64,000 nt of DNA from Aulosira sp. ZfuVER01 (lineage in GTDB: Bacteria; Cyanobacteriota; Cyanobacteriia; Cyanobacteriales; Nostocaceae). Position 1 is the stretch's first letter; every line of letters begins with the position of its first letter. The DNA lies in the NCBI GenBank assembly GCA_034530615.2, contig JAVRCV020000004.1, positions 130,389 through 194,388 on the forward strand, given 5' to 3'. This document shows positions 35,933 to 47,104 of this stretch, one piece after another. Below the pieces are notes generated by a model. It saw only the letters and a program-made list of their open reading frames with translations. It had not been told where the DNA came from and made no database searches. The position numbers and the translations under genes were made by a program.

Positions 35933-36946
35933 ATGAGGAGTGGGTTAGTTTCTGCAAGGACAAGTGATGAGGAGGGGGCAATTTTGGCAATTGTTCCCGA
36001 TATTTCGGTGGTGGTGCCTGTGCGTGATGAAGTGGAAAGTTTGCCGTTATTATTAGAGGCGATCGCTTCTTGTTTGAGTGCCCATCAGTTAACCTATGAA
36101 ATCATCTGTGTAGATGATGGTTCAACCGATGGTTCTGCGGATTTTCTCAAGCAAGAAGCACAAATCCGTAATGATTTAAAAGCGATAATTCTGCGGCGTA
36201 ACTATGGTCAAACTGCGGCAATGGCTGCGGGTTTTAACTATGCTTTAGGTAAGGTCATTGTCACCTTAGATGCGGATTTGCAAAATGACCCTGCTGATAT
36301 CCCAATACTGTTAACCAAGTTGGAGGAAGGCTACGATTTGGTGAGTGGTTGGCGACACAAACGCCAAGATGCAGCTTTGTCGCGGTTACTTCCCTCGAAA
36401 ATTGCCAACTGGTTAATTGGTAGCATCACAGGTGTGAAGTTACATGATTATGGCTGTTCTCTCAAAGCTTATCGTGCAGAAGTTTTGGCAGATATGAATC
36501 TTTACGGGGAACTGCATCGTTTTTTACCAGCCCTAGCTTATATTGAAGGCGCGAGAATTACAGAAATCCCTGTGCGTCACCATCCCCGGCGTTTTGGTCG
36601 CAGTAAGTACGGGTTATCGCGGACTTTACGGGTAATGATGGATTTGTTGACGATTTCTTTTATGAAGAAATTCCTCACACGCCCGATGCACGTTTTTGGG
36701 CTGTTGGGCTTATTCTCAATGGTTATAGGGGCAATTATTGGAATTTACTTGACTTTTATCAAGTTGGCTTGGGGTGAAATGATTGGCAATCGCCCATTGC
36801 TGATTTTAGCGGTTCTCCTATTGGTCACAGGGGTACAGTTGTTTTGCTTTGGTCTTTTGGCAGAGTTGTTGATGCGCACATACCATGAATCCCAAGGTAG
36901 ACCGATATATCGGGTGCGGGAAGTGGTAGCAAAAAATGTTAACTAA
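35933..36946 (+). CDS. GT2 polyprenol-phosphate glycosyltransferase (ArnC/DPM1-like)
   Basis: VDDGSTD, RNYGQTAA, LDADLQNDP, HDYGCSLKAYR, two C-terminal TMs. Confidence 0.92.
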   Translation: MRSGLVSARTSDEEGAILAIVPDISVVVPVRDEVESLPLLLEAIASCLSAHQLTYEIICVDDGSTDGSADFLKQEAQIRNDLKAIILRRNYGQTAAMAAGFNYALGKVIVTLDADLQNDPADIPILLTKLEEGYDLVSGWRHKRQDAALSRLLPSKIANWLIGSITGVKLHDYGCSLKAYRAEVLADMNLYGELHRFLPALAYIEGARITEIPVRHHPRRFGRSKYGLSRTLRVMMDLLTISFMKKFLTRPMHVFGLLGLFSMVIGAIIGIYLTFIKLAWGEMIGNRPLLILAVLLLVTGVQLFCFGLLAELLMRTYHESQGRPIYRVREVVAKNVN

Positions 36947-36992
36947 CGTAACAATAAGAGAAAAACACGTTTAGTATTCAACTGCATCTGCC

Positions 36993-38225
36993 TTGAAAGT
37001 CTTTGATAACCTTGAATTCCAAATAAGACGCAACCTGCTGGCTTTATTTACAGCAGGTTTATTATTCTGGTCTGGTTTGGCTGCTTTATTACCAACGCTA
37101 CCACTCTACATGGAGGATTTAGGCGCAACCAAGCAACAAATTGGCATTGTGCTGGGTAGTTTTGCGATTGGGATGTTGCTATTTCGCTCTCTATTTGGCA
37201 AGTTAGCAGATCGACGGGGACGGAAAATAGTCTTACTAATTGGGATGCTAGTCAATGCGATCGCACCGCTTGGTTACATAGTAGTGCAATCAATCCCTGG
37301 TTTAATGGCGCTGCGTGCTTTTCATGGCATCAGTATCGCGGCTTTTACTACAGGTTACTTAGCATTGGTAGCAGATTTAGCACCAGAAAAAAATCGCGGT
37401 GAAATCATGGGTTACATGAGTTTGGTAACTCCGATTGGTGCAGCTATTGGCCCAGCTTTAGGCGGATATTTACAAGCGGCGAGTGGTTACACGCTGTTAT
37501 TTTTGTTATCTGCGGGATTGGCTGGGATTGGTTTATTATGTCTTGTACCTATCGTTAATCCGCCAATCCACAAACAGCAACAGGTTGACAGTAATGATAG
37601 TAGGTTTTGGCAATTGTTATTTAGTCCGAGAGTGAGAGTCCTTGCAAGCATCATGCTGATGATTGGCTTGGCTTTTGGGGCTTTGCACACTTTTGTACCT
37701 TTATTTATCAAAGCTGCGCAGGTAAATTTAAACCCAGGCTTGTTTTATACAGTTGGCGCACTTGCGAGTTTTAGCGTCCGGTTTTTTACTGGCAAAGCTA
37801 GCGATCGCTATGGTAGAGGTTTATTTATTACTCTGAGCTTGGTTATTTATGCTGTTTCCATGATTTTGCTATGGAAAGCTAGCAGCGCGGATATATTCTT
37901 AATAGCCGGAGTTTTAGAGGGCGCTGGTTCTGGTATCCTCATGCCGATGATTTCCACTGTCGTTGCCGATCGGGCACTGCCACAAGAAAGGGGAAGGGTA
38001 TTTTCTCTTTGTATTATGGGTTTAGATGTGGGAATTGCGATTGCTGGTCCAGTTTTCGGTTCTGTTGCAGAACAAGTTGGCTACCGTAATATGTTTGGTT
38101 TTTGCGCTGGTTTAACTGTGATGGCATTGCTAATTTTCCTTACCAAGTCCAACAAAAACCTCTCAGGTTCCCTGCGCTTTGCTTTGGGTCGTGGAAAAGA
38201 TGCTTATTCCCTCAATCAATCTTAA
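36993..38225 (+). CDS. MFS transporter
   Basis: GKLADRRGRK and SDRYGR motif A; about 12 TMs; TTG start. Confidence 0.92.
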   Translation: MKVFDNLEFQIRRNLLALFTAGLLFWSGLAALLPTLPLYMEDLGATKQQIGIVLGSFAIGMLLFRSLFGKLADRRGRKIVLLIGMLVNAIAPLGYIVVQSIPGLMALRAFHGISIAAFTTGYLALVADLAPEKNRGEIMGYMSLVTPIGAAIGPALGGYLQAASGYTLLFLLSAGLAGIGLLCLVPIVNPPIHKQQQVDSNDSRFWQLLFSPRVRVLASIMLMIGLAFGALHTFVPLFIKAAQVNLNPGLFYTVGALASFSVRFFTGKASDRYGRGLFITLSLVIYAVSMILLWKASSADIFLIAGVLEGAGSGILMPMISTVVADRALPQERGRVFSLCIMGLDVGIAIAGPVFGSVAEQVGYRNMFGFCAGLTVMALLIFLTKSNKNLSGSLRFALGRGKDAYSLNQS

Positions 38226-38232
38226 TAAATAA

Positions 38233-38264
38233 AAAAGAGACGCAATATTAGTTGCGTCTCTTTT
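38233..38264. terminator. bidirectional terminator
   Basis: AAAAGAGACGCAA-TATTAG-TTGCGTCTCTTTT between convergent MFS and tRNA genes. Confidence 0.85.
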
Positions 38265-38270
38265 ATCTAA

Positions 38271-38344
38271 CGGGCGAGGAGGGATTCGAACCCCCGACAC
38301 CGTGGTCCGTAGCCACGTGCTCTAGTCCACTGAGCTACACGCCC
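38271..38344 (-). tRNA. trnR: tRNA-Arg (anticodon ACG)
   Basis: reverse strand GGGCGTGTAGCTCAGTGG..CGTGG-CTACGGA-CCACG..GGTTCGAATCC..CGCCCG. Confidence 0.97.
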
Positions 38345-38381
38345 TTGACCGAAAATCATATTAACACGTTCTTTCAAAATC

Positions 38382-38888
38382 ATGCAAGACAATTTTTCGT
38401 CTAATTCTGCCAACTTAACTCATCTCGATCGCCAAGGACAGGCACAGATGGTAGATGTGTCGGACAAAGCGCCCACTGTTCGCCAAGCTGTAGCCGCTGC
38501 TCAGGTGCGAATGTTGCCAGAAACTTTTGCTGCTATCCAAGCCGGGAATGCTCCCAAAGGGGATGTGTTAGGAACCGCCAGAATAGCTGGAATTATGGCA
38601 GCTAAACAGACAGCTAATTTAATTCCTTTGTGTCATCCCTTGCCTTTGCAGAAAGTCGAAGTCGAAGCGATCGCCGATGCAGAACTTCCAGGTTATAAAA
38701 TTTATGCCACTGTTAAAACTAAAGCTGAAACCGGGGTAGAAATGGAAGCTTTAACTGCTGTTTCTGTTGCGGCTTTAACTTTATACGATATGGCAAAAGC
38801 TTTAGAGAAATCAATTCAAATAGAATCTATTCGGTTAATTAGCAAAACTGGCGGAAAATCAGGAGATTATTCTCCGCCAGCAGCATAA
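38382..38888 (+). CDS. moaC: cyclic pyranopterin monophosphate synthase
   Basis: [46 protein letters not shown]. Confidence 0.97.
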   Translation: MQDNFSSNSANLTHLDRQGQAQMVDVSDKAPTVRQAVAAAQVRMLPETFAAIQAGNAPKGDVLGTARIAGIMAAKQTANLIPLCHPLPLQKVEVEAIADAELPGYKIYATVKTKAETGVEMEALTAVSVAALTLYDMAKALEKSIQIESIRLISKTGGKSGDYSPPAA

Positions 38889-38980
38889 GTAAATTTGCCC
38901 TATTGTCTGGGTCTAATAGCAGCTGCGCCCCCAAGACCCTTAGAATAATTAGGGTGTGTTGAAATATGTAACAAATATTT

Positions 38981-39238
38981 ATGCCTCCTCGTTGGCCTAC
39001 CAAACCCGATCGCCAAGACCCAGCCTACCGCAAGATAGATGACAGGATGAATTTTGCTGTACACGTAGCGATCGCAGCTACGATTAATTCTGGGCTGTGG
39101 TTTTTCCACAATCTCAAAGCAACTACCTGGGAATGGCTGCCTTGGGTAACGGTAAGTTGGATTGTTGTATTGTTGGTGCATTTTATATATATCAGTGCGA
39201 TCGCCAATTACTCCGATACACCACCAAAATCTACCTAA
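38981..39238 (+). CDS. small 2TM-domain membrane protein
   Basis: MPPRWP..DPAYRKIDDRMNFAVH..two TMs. Confidence 0.78.
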   Translation: MPPRWPTKPDRQDPAYRKIDDRMNFAVHVAIAATINSGLWFFHNLKATTWEWLPWVTVSWIVVLLVHFIYISAIANYSDTPPKST

Positions 39239-39358
39239 AGATAGACTACGGATGCTAGGGCGATGTAACCTGTGACTGTAGAGTTAGCCTAGCTAATTGA
39301 GCGATAATATTAAATAGCCTGAGAGTTAGCGCTCTTTTGTTGATATAGGGTAATTTTT

Positions 39359-39667
39359 ATGGCTAAGACTAACACCACAGAAGTGCTAGAAGCCCTAGCA
39401 GCCGAAATTGGGGAAAACGTCTACATAGACATTGCTAAGTGGCATCTCTATTTATCTAATGCCAAACTGCATACTCTTGTTGCAGAACAGCTCTATCCCT
39501 TAATTACTTCTAATACTGTTAATGAAGATAGAGTTATAGCAGTATTAGAATCCATACCTGTTAAAATTGGTGGTGGGAGGAAAGAAATTCCCTTGATCGA
39601 TTTACTACCCCTGCAATGCCAGGTAAATTTAGTAGATATTTTAGAAAAATTCCAACGCGAGTTTTAA
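39359..39667 (+). CDS. DUF3181-like protein
   Basis: LAAEIGENVYIDIAKWHLYL..PVKIGGG..PLIDLLP. Confidence 0.8.
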   Translation: MAKTNTTEVLEALAAEIGENVYIDIAKWHLYLSNAKLHTLVAEQLYPLITSNTVNEDRVIAVLESIPVKIGGGRKEIPLIDLLPLQCQVNLVDILEKFQREF

Positions 39668-39729
39668 CTTCTCTACTTTAAGTGTCCATACTGGCTCTTG
39701 CAGCATCCTCTTTGAGGAGTTATAAGGAC

Positions 39730-39951
39730 ATGACTACATATCAGTTCCACGATAAATATACTTTAGCCGAAACAGCAGAGAAACTCGGTAAAAGAGCTTT
39801 GGAGTTGGGTTTGATACCTAGTTTTGTAGTACGTTATTTTCCTGATAGCAGACAATATTACATTCCTAACGAAAAAGATTCTGAGCCTTTAACACCAGAA
39901 CAAGCATATATGCGGTTGAAAAAACTAGTTGAACAATCTGCTAAGGCTTAA
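39730..39951 (+). CDS. hypothetical protein
   Basis: AAGGA RBS before ATG 39730; 73 aa. Confidence 0.65.
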   Translation: MTTYQFHDKYTLAETAEKLGKRALELGLIPSFVVRYFPDSRQYYIPNEKDSEPLTPEQAYMRLKKLVEQSAKA

Positions 39952-40093
39952 CCTAGCAATTCCTTTGTTCAATAGAGAATGGGCTAGGGTTGATCGTTAA
40001 ATAGAAAAATTCAGTACTTACCAAAAGTAATACACTTCAACCATCAACATCAGTTATGGTTAAATTTCAGGCAAATTTAGTGAGGTGAATTAT

Positions 40094-40321
40094 ATGTTTT
40101 TACAAATCAAAGATAGCAATGATTTAATCAAAATAGTTGATTTTGAGGAATTGATTGATCCCAATACTGATATTGTTCACGGACAAGATCAAGAAGGTCA
40201 AGAAGAACAAGAAACAGATCTCTTTAAAAAAGACGAGTTAGTTTTTCCTTCTGGCGAAAGTCTACCACGCTGTTGGATAGATGCTAACTATAGAAAAGTT
40301 AGCTACAGAAAAGCTAGCTAA
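40094..40321 (+). CDS. small conserved acidic protein (often labelled acetyltransferase)
   Basis: ELIDP..QEGQEEQ..FKKDELVFPSGESLPRCWIDANYR; GAGG RBS. Confidence 0.8.
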   Translation: MFLQIKDSNDLIKIVDFEELIDPNTDIVHGQDQEGQEEQETDLFKKDELVFPSGESLPRCWIDANYRKVSYRKAS

Positions 40322-40367
40322 AGCTGGATGGGTAATAGGGTGTTTGTTAGTACCTATTACCCAAAAA

Positions 40368-40841
40368 TTAACTATTACTGGATGAGATAGCTTTGTCTGT
40401 TACTGCTTCCTTTTCAGTAGCGGAAAATAAGGTTTTAGTCATCCAGTATGTCAAAATGTGAGATAAAACACCCAACGGCCCTGCAAATAAACACAGGGCT
40501 AGAGAGTGAATTGTCCAAATACCTGTGGTTTGTCCTTGCCAATAAATCCAGCGCCCGACAAATAAATCCATAACTAGAAAATGAATCCACCCAGTTGCAG
40601 CGGCTTTTTCATCGGCAAAAAATCGTGCAATATCAGCTAACTGAGGATTAGATAAAGCTTGGGCATTTTCTGGCGTAATGCTGGTGATAAACAAATACAA
40701 GTATGCCCCAGCTAAAGGTACAAATGGTATATATGATTCCATTATCCGCCGGGTGAATTTCCAATTGGGTAGGAGAATCATCAATGCCCAAAAAGGTAAA
40801 ACAAAAAGATTGGCAAGGTTAAATAATTGCGTGGTGTTCAT
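40368..40841 (-). CDS. ABA4-like (DUF4281) membrane protein
   Basis: LPFWALMILLP, GWIHFLVMDLFVGRWI, LFAGPLG. Confidence 0.87.
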   Translation of the reverse strand: MNTTQLFNLANLFVLPFWALMILLPNWKFTRRIMESYIPFVPLAGAYLYLFITSITPENAQALSNPQLADIARFFADEKAAATGWIHFLVMDLFVGRWIYWQGQTTGIWTIHSLALCLFAGPLGVLSHILTYWMTKTLFSATEKEAVTDKAISSSNS

Positions 40842-41050
40842 AGATTTTATTGCTTGTCTTTGGTGGCTAACTCTGCCACAAATTATCCTACTCCTAAAAT
40901 GGTTTCATGGAGAAGTAAAAAAGACAGTAATCACTCTTTTGTTACTTTGGGAATAGAAAAATATTATTTTTAGCCGGAACAATTGAATAGTTTTCGACGC
41001 ATGAAAGATTGTGCTTAATTTATTTCTGAAAACTGCCATACGCCATACAT

Positions 41051-42748
41051 TTAATTATCTAACTGCCTACAATGATAAACTTTGTAATCATAGCCGTTTA
41101 CTGCTGCTAATGATTTGGTTTCAGGCAGACATTTTTTCACTTCTTCTGCTATTGGTGCATGAAAATTAACTAGCCACAAATCAAAAGGTCGTGGTAGCTG
41201 TTTTAATGTATTTTCTAGAACAACAGTAGATGTGTTGGGGTCTGTTTCTTGATGGGCTAATAAAAACTGGGTAGGAGTTTGTGAACCAGAAACTTTTAAT
41301 TCCCTAGCTATCCCCATCATTTCGCCAGTTTGGACTAAGGTTTTGTGAGTTGTGGCTATTAGAACCGGAACCTGAGAATTTTGTTGAATTATTGGCAGTA
41401 ACAAATCAGGGCGGTAATATTTTTGATAACCCAGATTACAAATAACTGTGATGGCGCTAACTAATCCCATCAGCCAAATCAACATTACAGCTTTTTTGCT
41501 AGTTCTTTGCCAACAAACAGCCAAGCTTGCGCCTACTAAGATCGTTACAGCCGGAAAATAAACAAAGTTGTAGCGTGCGCCTCGTGTTAGATCGATACCT
41601 AAAACATAAGTAAATATAAAGAATAAAGCGATCGCTCCTAAAACCACCCCACCCAATACTTGAGTCACCAAACTCGTTTGAGGTTGTTGTAGTTGCACTT
41701 TAATACCACGCACTAAAATCGGTATTGCCCAAATAAAGAAAATCAACATTGCCAACCCCGAAAGAATCACAACTACTAGCTGTGGTGATTCCACTGGGAG
41801 CAAACAAATCATTGTAATCCATGCTGCTAAAACCTGAAAAATTGGGCTTATCCATTCTAGTCCAACGCGCTCACCGTCTTGAATCCAGGCTGTTAAACCA
41901 CTGCGATACCGATTTTCTAAAAAGCTAGGTAGCCAGACTAAACATGAGACAAAAGTGCCAGTGGCAACAGCATAAATGCGCCACCAAAGAGGGAAGAAAA
42001 ATACTAAAGTTTTTGCTTGTATGGATTGTTGCCAAGCTAAAAACATTAAAACTAAAGTTTCCGCACAGAGAGTTAGAGTGAAGAAGTAATGAGTAGCAAT
42101 CCCTAAAGCATTAATTCCCACCCAAGAGATGATTAACCACAGCGGTAATAGTGTGCGGTTTTGAACATGACATGTAGCAATGACCAAGCACAACAGGGAT
42201 GCAATTACCCAGATCGTGGCTAATGTGTAATGACGGGCTTCTTGTGCTAGGAAAATCCCGTAGGGTGAAACTGCCATCATTGCAGCAGCTAGTTGTCCTA
42301 CCAATCGGGAACGAAACGCTAACCTACCCAATGTATAAGTCAGAGGAATTGAGATTGCACCTAATAAAGCGGGAAATGAACGTGCAGCAAACAGCGATAC
42401 TAACTCGCCTTGATTAGGAAACAGTTTCATCCACAGATGCACCAGCACAAAATACAGTGGTGGATGAGTGTCTTCTGTGATTATTTGATGAATTACATCC
42501 CCTATACCCAAGGCTGGGTTTGGTTGTAGGGGTTGCAATAGAATATCAGGTGCGATCGCCCGATCTAAGGGTACTGATAAAAAACTATTCCCCAAGCTAA
42601 ACACCAAGGTAGCAAACTCATCAACCCAAGGAGGCTTGGCGGTTAAGTTGGTAAAACGCAAGCCAAGACCGATGATGAACCAGATCAGTAATAGTAAAGG
42701 ATGAAACCAGCGAGCAGAAATTATAGAGTTCCAATTATACAAACGCAT
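41051..42748 (-). CDS. GT-C/GT39 (PMT-like) membrane glycosyltransferase
   Basis: WVDE, DTHPPLYF, SPYGIFLAQEARHYT; many TMs. Confidence 0.87.
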   Translation of the reverse strand: MRLYNWNSIISARWFHPLLLLIWFIIGLGLRFTNLTAKPPWVDEFATLVFSLGNSFLSVPLDRAIAPDILLQPLQPNPALGIGDVIHQIITEDTHPPLYFVLVHLWMKLFPNQGELVSLFAARSFPALLGAISIPLTYTLGRLAFRSRLVGQLAAAMMAVSPYGIFLAQEARHYTLATIWVIASLLCLVIATCHVQNRTLLPLWLIISWVGINALGIATHYFFTLTLCAETLVLMFLAWQQSIQAKTLVFFFPLWWRIYAVATGTFVSCLVWLPSFLENRYRSGLTAWIQDGERVGLEWISPIFQVLAAWITMICLLPVESPQLVVVILSGLAMLIFFIWAIPILVRGIKVQLQQPQTSLVTQVLGGVVLGAIALFFIFTYVLGIDLTRGARYNFVYFPAVTILVGASLAVCWQRTSKKAVMLIWLMGLVSAITVICNLGYQKYYRPDLLLPIIQQNSQVPVLIATTHKTLVQTGEMMGIARELKVSGSQTPTQFLLAHQETDPNTSTVVLENTLKQLPRPFDLWLVNFHAPIAEEVKKCLPETKSLAAVNGYDYKVYHCRQLDN

Positions 42749-42860
42749 CTATATCCTTACCAGAAGCCAAGTGCCAGAATAACTTAGTTTGTATATATTA
42801 GACTTCACCTTAGCAATTTAAGTTCAATCGCGATCGCTGTTTCAAATCATACTCAAGGTA

Positions 42861-42909
42861 GATGCATTCATGGATTTCTCCTCTCGTGGCAAAAATCCAT
42901 GAATGCATC
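42861..42909. terminator. 17-bp perfect inverted repeat downstream of cobW
   Basis: GATGCATTCATGGATTT-15 nt-AAATCCATGAATGCATC. Confidence 0.65.
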
Positions 42910-42916
42910 CGATAAC

Positions 42917-43957
42917 TTACAAAGTTACAAGTTGTGATTCTATCTCCGCAGATTTCAGATCGCGACCAATGAAAACTAAGCGGGTTTGCTTTGCTTCTTC
43001 TGGTTGCCAGGGGCGATCGTAAAATTTATCAAATCTGGTGCCTACACCTTGCATGACTAAACGCATGGGTTTATTGGGTACGACTACAAAACCTTTGATT
43101 CGATAAATCTCTTGTTGGTGTGCTATTTTTTGCAACTGTTGTTGCAGTTTTTCTGGGTCAAAGGCACGGTCTAAAATCAGGTGAGTTGAGGTAATTTCAT
43201 CGTCGTGGTCGTGATCTTCTTCGGTGTCGTGATGACTGGGACGGCTATCTAAGTTATCTTCCACAGCAGCTTGGAAACCTAGTAATATAGATGGATCGAG
43301 TTGACCGCGATCGCTCTCAACAATCTTCACCACCCTCGGCAATTCTTGTTTAACTAACTCCTCAACTTGGGCTTTGGCATCAACATCGACCAAGTCAGTT
43401 TTATTCAACACTACCAAGTCTGCACAAGCAAGTTGGTCTTCAAACAGTTCTTGCAATGGCGTTTCGTGTTCTAGACTATCATCTGCTTGCCGTTGGTCTG
43501 CCACTGCCTCTGGATTGCTGGCAAATGTCCCCGCCGCTACCGCCGCACAATCTACGACGGTAATCACCGCATCCACCGTTGCGCCAGTACGAATTTCTTG
43601 CCAGCGAAAAGCCTTGATTAGAGGTTTTGGTAAAGCTAAACCAGAGGTTTCAATGACAATGCAGTCAATGCGATCGCGCCGCTTCAGTAGTTTTTGCATT
43701 GTAGGGTAAAACTCTTCTTGTACGGTGCAGCACAAGCAGCCGTTAGTTAATTCAAAGATATTATCCCCATCATCACTATCTTCGGGACAAATTTGACAGG
43801 ATTTCAATAATTCGCCATCAATACCGAGTTCCCCAAATTCGTTGACTAAAACCGCAATCCGGCGTCCTTGGTTGTTTTGTAGCAGGTGGCGAATTAGGCT
43901 GGTTTTACCACTACCTAAGAAGCCTGTGATGACTGTGACAGGAATTTTTGTAGCCAT
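42917..43957 (-). CDS. cobW: cobalamin biosynthesis GTPase CobW (COG0523)
   Basis: GFLGSGKT, NEFGELGIDG, GCLCC, ETSGLALPKPL, His-rich linker. Confidence 0.92.
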   Translation of the reverse strand: MATKIPVTVITGFLGSGKTSLIRHLLQNNQGRRIAVLVNEFGELGIDGELLKSCQICPEDSDDGDNIFELTNGCLCCTVQEEFYPTMQKLLKRRDRIDCIVIETSGLALPKPLIKAFRWQEIRTGATVDAVITVVDCAAVAAGTFASNPEAVADQRQADDSLEHETPLQELFEDQLACADLVVLNKTDLVDVDAKAQVEELVKQELPRVVKIVESDRGQLDPSILLGFQAAVEDNLDSRPSHHDTEEDHDHDDEITSTHLILDRAFDPEKLQQQLQKIAHQQEIYRIKGFVVVPNKPMRLVMQGVGTRFDKFYDRPWQPEEAKQTRLVFIGRDLKSAEIESQLVTL

Positions 43958-44157
43958 TGTTTAATTAGTATTTTGCCCAGAAGCCATGATTTGCCTCTGT
44001 TTGCATTTTCCCCGATCGCCGCGCCTATTGGAAATCAGGATTCCAATTACCAATGACTAAATAGCAGTAGGGGCAACTTCCATGCGATCGCCTAATTTTA
44101 CTCAGGAGACCCCAGGGAAATTGCCCCTAGAATTGACAAAAATTGATTTACAAAGAT

Positions 44158-44874
44158 TTACTCAGCTGTAGCGAGTTCGGTGCTACCACGTGTACGCCGA
44201 CGTGTGAGGGTGTTGTACAGCATTACACCAATTGCTTTGATCAAATTGCCTTCCAATTCTTGGAACATCTTCATGTTCATACCAAAAGCAGCGTTAGCTT
44301 CATCAACGATGCGATCGGCTGTCGCTTCATCAATAGGTAATTCATCCAAGGTTTGACGATATTTGGCTTTAAATTCCTTTTCGTCAGTAATCTCTGCAAA
44401 TTCATAAAAGGCAGTACCATTGCTATCAGAAAGGTTCATGGCTGTGACAGCAATGTTTTTGAGAATTTGCCCACCAGATAAATCACCGAGGTAACGGGTG
44501 TAAGAATGTGCGATTAAAAGTTCTGGTTCTGTTGCGGATATTTCGCGGATGCGCTGCACATAAGCTTCTCCGGCTGGCGATAGCTGGACTTGTTCCCGCC
44601 AGTTGAAGCCATAGTAATAACTCAGGTCTTCCTCTAAGGTCTGTTTGCGGTTGAGTTGGGGAAAATTAATTTTGCTAACAATTGGATGGTTCTGGTGCTT
44701 TTCCATTTCCTCTTCCATAGCTGAGTAGATGAAATAGAAGTTACCAACTAGCTTGCGGTATGAGCTTTTCTCCACCACCCCTTTTAAAAAGCACTTGACA
44801 AAACCGACGTTTTCCGCCATCGTATGGGCTTTCTTAGTGCCTACACGCAATTTGCTTGCTAAATTGCTACTCAT
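44158..44874 (-). CDS. ho1: heme oxygenase (biliverdin-producing)
   Basis: LRVGTKKAHTMAEN, HSYTRYLGDLSGGQIL, EANAAFGMN. Confidence 0.95.
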   Translation of the reverse strand: MSSNLASKLRVGTKKAHTMAENVGFVKCFLKGVVEKSSYRKLVGNFYFIYSAMEEEMEKHQNHPIVSKINFPQLNRKQTLEEDLSYYYGFNWREQVQLSPAGEAYVQRIREISATEPELLIAHSYTRYLGDLSGGQILKNIAVTAMNLSDSNGTAFYEFAEITDEKEFKAKYRQTLDELPIDEATADRIVDEANAAFGMNMKMFQELEGNLIKAIGVMLYNTLTRRRTRGSTELATAE

Positions 44875-45588
44875 GCTAAATTTCTCAACTTTAAAAGGTC
44901 AACTACAGGAGTGTCGATTTACTAACGGCTAAAAAAGGCCATTAAAACGTTACATTAGAACTATTTGATGAGAATTTATATTAAAAATTTTTAAGCTCCT
45001 AGATTTGGGACTTTAGTTTTACACAGCAAAACGCCTCATCAGGTGATAATCTCTAGTTCCAGAATTTGATTGAGAGTTGTAATGAGCTAATTTTGGATAT
45101 TTGCCAAAATAACTGCTGATTTTGCTCAAAATCTGAGAAAGTAATGCTTTTTACAGTTTATTAGTCTGTTGTCACTTTGTAAAGTGATATTAATTACCGG
45201 ATAACCCGAAACAGTACAGTCGGGATGACCGTCAGCATATAGTTATGTTTGCAGAAATTATTTATCAATTGTAGGGATGTTTGGGGACAAGTATCTTGAA
45301 TAATCTTTACAATTATTTAGAAATATTTATAAGTATTTTTACTGAATAACAGTATTCTTAGATTTATAGATATTCCGTCAAAAGACCAAATATATAGTAA
45401 GTTGGTAGGCATCAATCAACTGTAAGTTCAACAGCAAAGAGTGGATGTGTCTACGGGCAACTTTGATGCTGATATTGAATATTGATCTACATCTAGATAC
45501 TTAACCAATCAAACGGTAATAAGTCAGAATTGTTGAACAAAGTGTAAAGTGCTATTGTCCAGTGTGACTGTGCGGAGTGTTTAAACAT

Positions 45589-47046
45589 ATGGTTTCATCA
45601 ATAACTCGGACTCAAGGCGGCCTTAATGAAGGTTCTGCTGCGGGAGCCAATATAGAAAGCAATTTTGCGCTGAATTTAATTGCACTACCAAAAAATCCTT
45701 TATTTGGTACAGATGGGATTCGCGGACGAGTAGGAGAATTGCTGAGTGCGCCTTTAGCATTGCAAATAGGTTTCTGGGCGGGTATTGTTTTGCGTACTCA
45801 TGCTGTTAATTCGGGGCCAGTGATTCTCGGACAGGACTCCAGAAACTCCAGCGATATGCTGGCAATGGCGTTAAGTGCTGGGTTAACAGCGGCGGGAATT
45901 GAGGTTTGGTATTTGGGATTATGTCCTACTCCCTGCGTTGCTTATCTTACCAGTGACAGTGATGCCATAGGCGGGGTGATGATTTCTGCCAGTCATAATC
46001 CCCCAGAGGACAACGGCATTAAAATTTTCGGTACGGATGGTGCGAAGTTACCACTAGTATTGCAAGCAGAAATTGAAGCAGGATTGCGTGGTAATAAGTC
46101 AGCCGTTGCTAATGTAAATAATTGCGGGCGGCATTATTTACGCAAAGAGTTAGTGGGGCATTATAGCGATGCGTTAAAACAACCCTTGCACCGTACAGTA
46201 AATCTTCAGGGGATGAAGATTGTTTTGGACTTGGCTTGGGGCGCAGCAGTTGGGTTAGCCCCGGCGGTATTTCAAGAAATGGGTGCAGAGGTCATTTGCT
46301 TGCATAACGAAGCAGATGGCGATCGCATCAATGTTAATTGTGGTTCTACTCACCTAGATATTCTGCAAGCTGCTGTTAAGGCAAACAACGCCGATGTTGG
46401 CTTTGCCTTTGATGGTGATGCCGATCGCGTTTTAGCTGTAGACAGTAAAGGTAGGCAAGTTAACGGCGATTATATTCTCTACCTTTGGGGACGCCACCTC
46501 AAGCAAAAGCAACAACTACCAGATGATTTGATAGTTTCTACTGTCATGGCTAATTTAGGCTTTGAAAAGGCTTGGCAACAATTAGGTGGTAAATTGATTC
46601 GCACAGCAGTAGGCGACCAATATGTGCAAGCTGAAATGCTGCGACATGGGGGAATGCTAGGAGGCGAACAATCGGGTCATATCCTCTGCCGTCACTATGG
46701 TATTACTGGAGATGGTTTGTTAACAGCCTTACATATCGCAGCTTTGATTAAAGAAGCTGGTGTTGCTCTCCACGACATGGTAGACCAAAGCTTTCAGACT
46801 TATCCCCAACTATTAAAGAATATACGAGTACTAGATCGCGATCGCCGGATGGCCTGGAAAGATTGCGAACCACTACAAAAAGCGATCGCCCTTGCAGAAA
46901 CAGCAATGGGTGATTCTGGTAGAATCTTGGTGCGTGTTTCTGGCACAGAACCAGTAATCAGGGTTATGGTGGAAGCGGCAAATGCTGACCTTGCTCACCA
47001 TTGGACAAATGAATTGGTTTCACAAGTTCAGCTACACCTAGGATAA
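45589..47046 (+). CDS. glmM: phosphoglucosamine mutase
   Basis: [36 protein letters not shown]. Confidence 0.95.
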   Translation: MVSSITRTQGGLNEGSAAGANIESNFALNLIALPKNPLFGTDGIRGRVGELLSAPLALQIGFWAGIVLRTHAVNSGPVILGQDSRNSSDMLAMALSAGLTAAGIEVWYLGLCPTPCVAYLTSDSDAIGGVMISASHNPPEDNGIKIFGTDGAKLPLVLQAEIEAGLRGNKSAVANVNNCGRHYLRKELVGHYSDALKQPLHRTVNLQGMKIVLDLAWGAAVGLAPAVFQEMGAEVICLHNEADGDRINVNCGSTHLDILQAAVKANNADVGFAFDGDADRVLAVDSKGRQVNGDYILYLWGRHLKQKQQLPDDLIVSTVMANLGFEKAWQQLGGKLIRTAVGDQYVQAEMLRHGGMLGGEQSGHILCRHYGITGDGLLTALHIAALIKEAGVALHDMVDQSFQTYPQLLKNIRVLDRDRRMAWKDCEPLQKAIALAETAMGDSGRILVRVSGTEPVIRVMVEAANADLAHHWTNELVSQVQLHLG

Positions 47047-47104
47047 CCAGTGCTGACGTGCTGAGTTAAACGGACTTAGGACTCAGCACGCAGAACTGAA
47101 ACTC

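Noticed and set aside
31358..38344. Region between the two tRNAs as an integrated island
   Set aside because: No integrase or duplicated tRNA 3' end; composition and genes look core
42853..42866. TCAAGGTAGATGCA, also at 17657-17670, resembling the NsiR1 5' end
   Set aside because: The rest of NsiR1 and an upstream TCCGGA are missing; a 14-bp duplicate is expected by chance in 64 kb
44969..44983. Possible FurA box upstream of ho1
   Set aside because: Only the TGAGAAT half is convincing in AT-rich DNA
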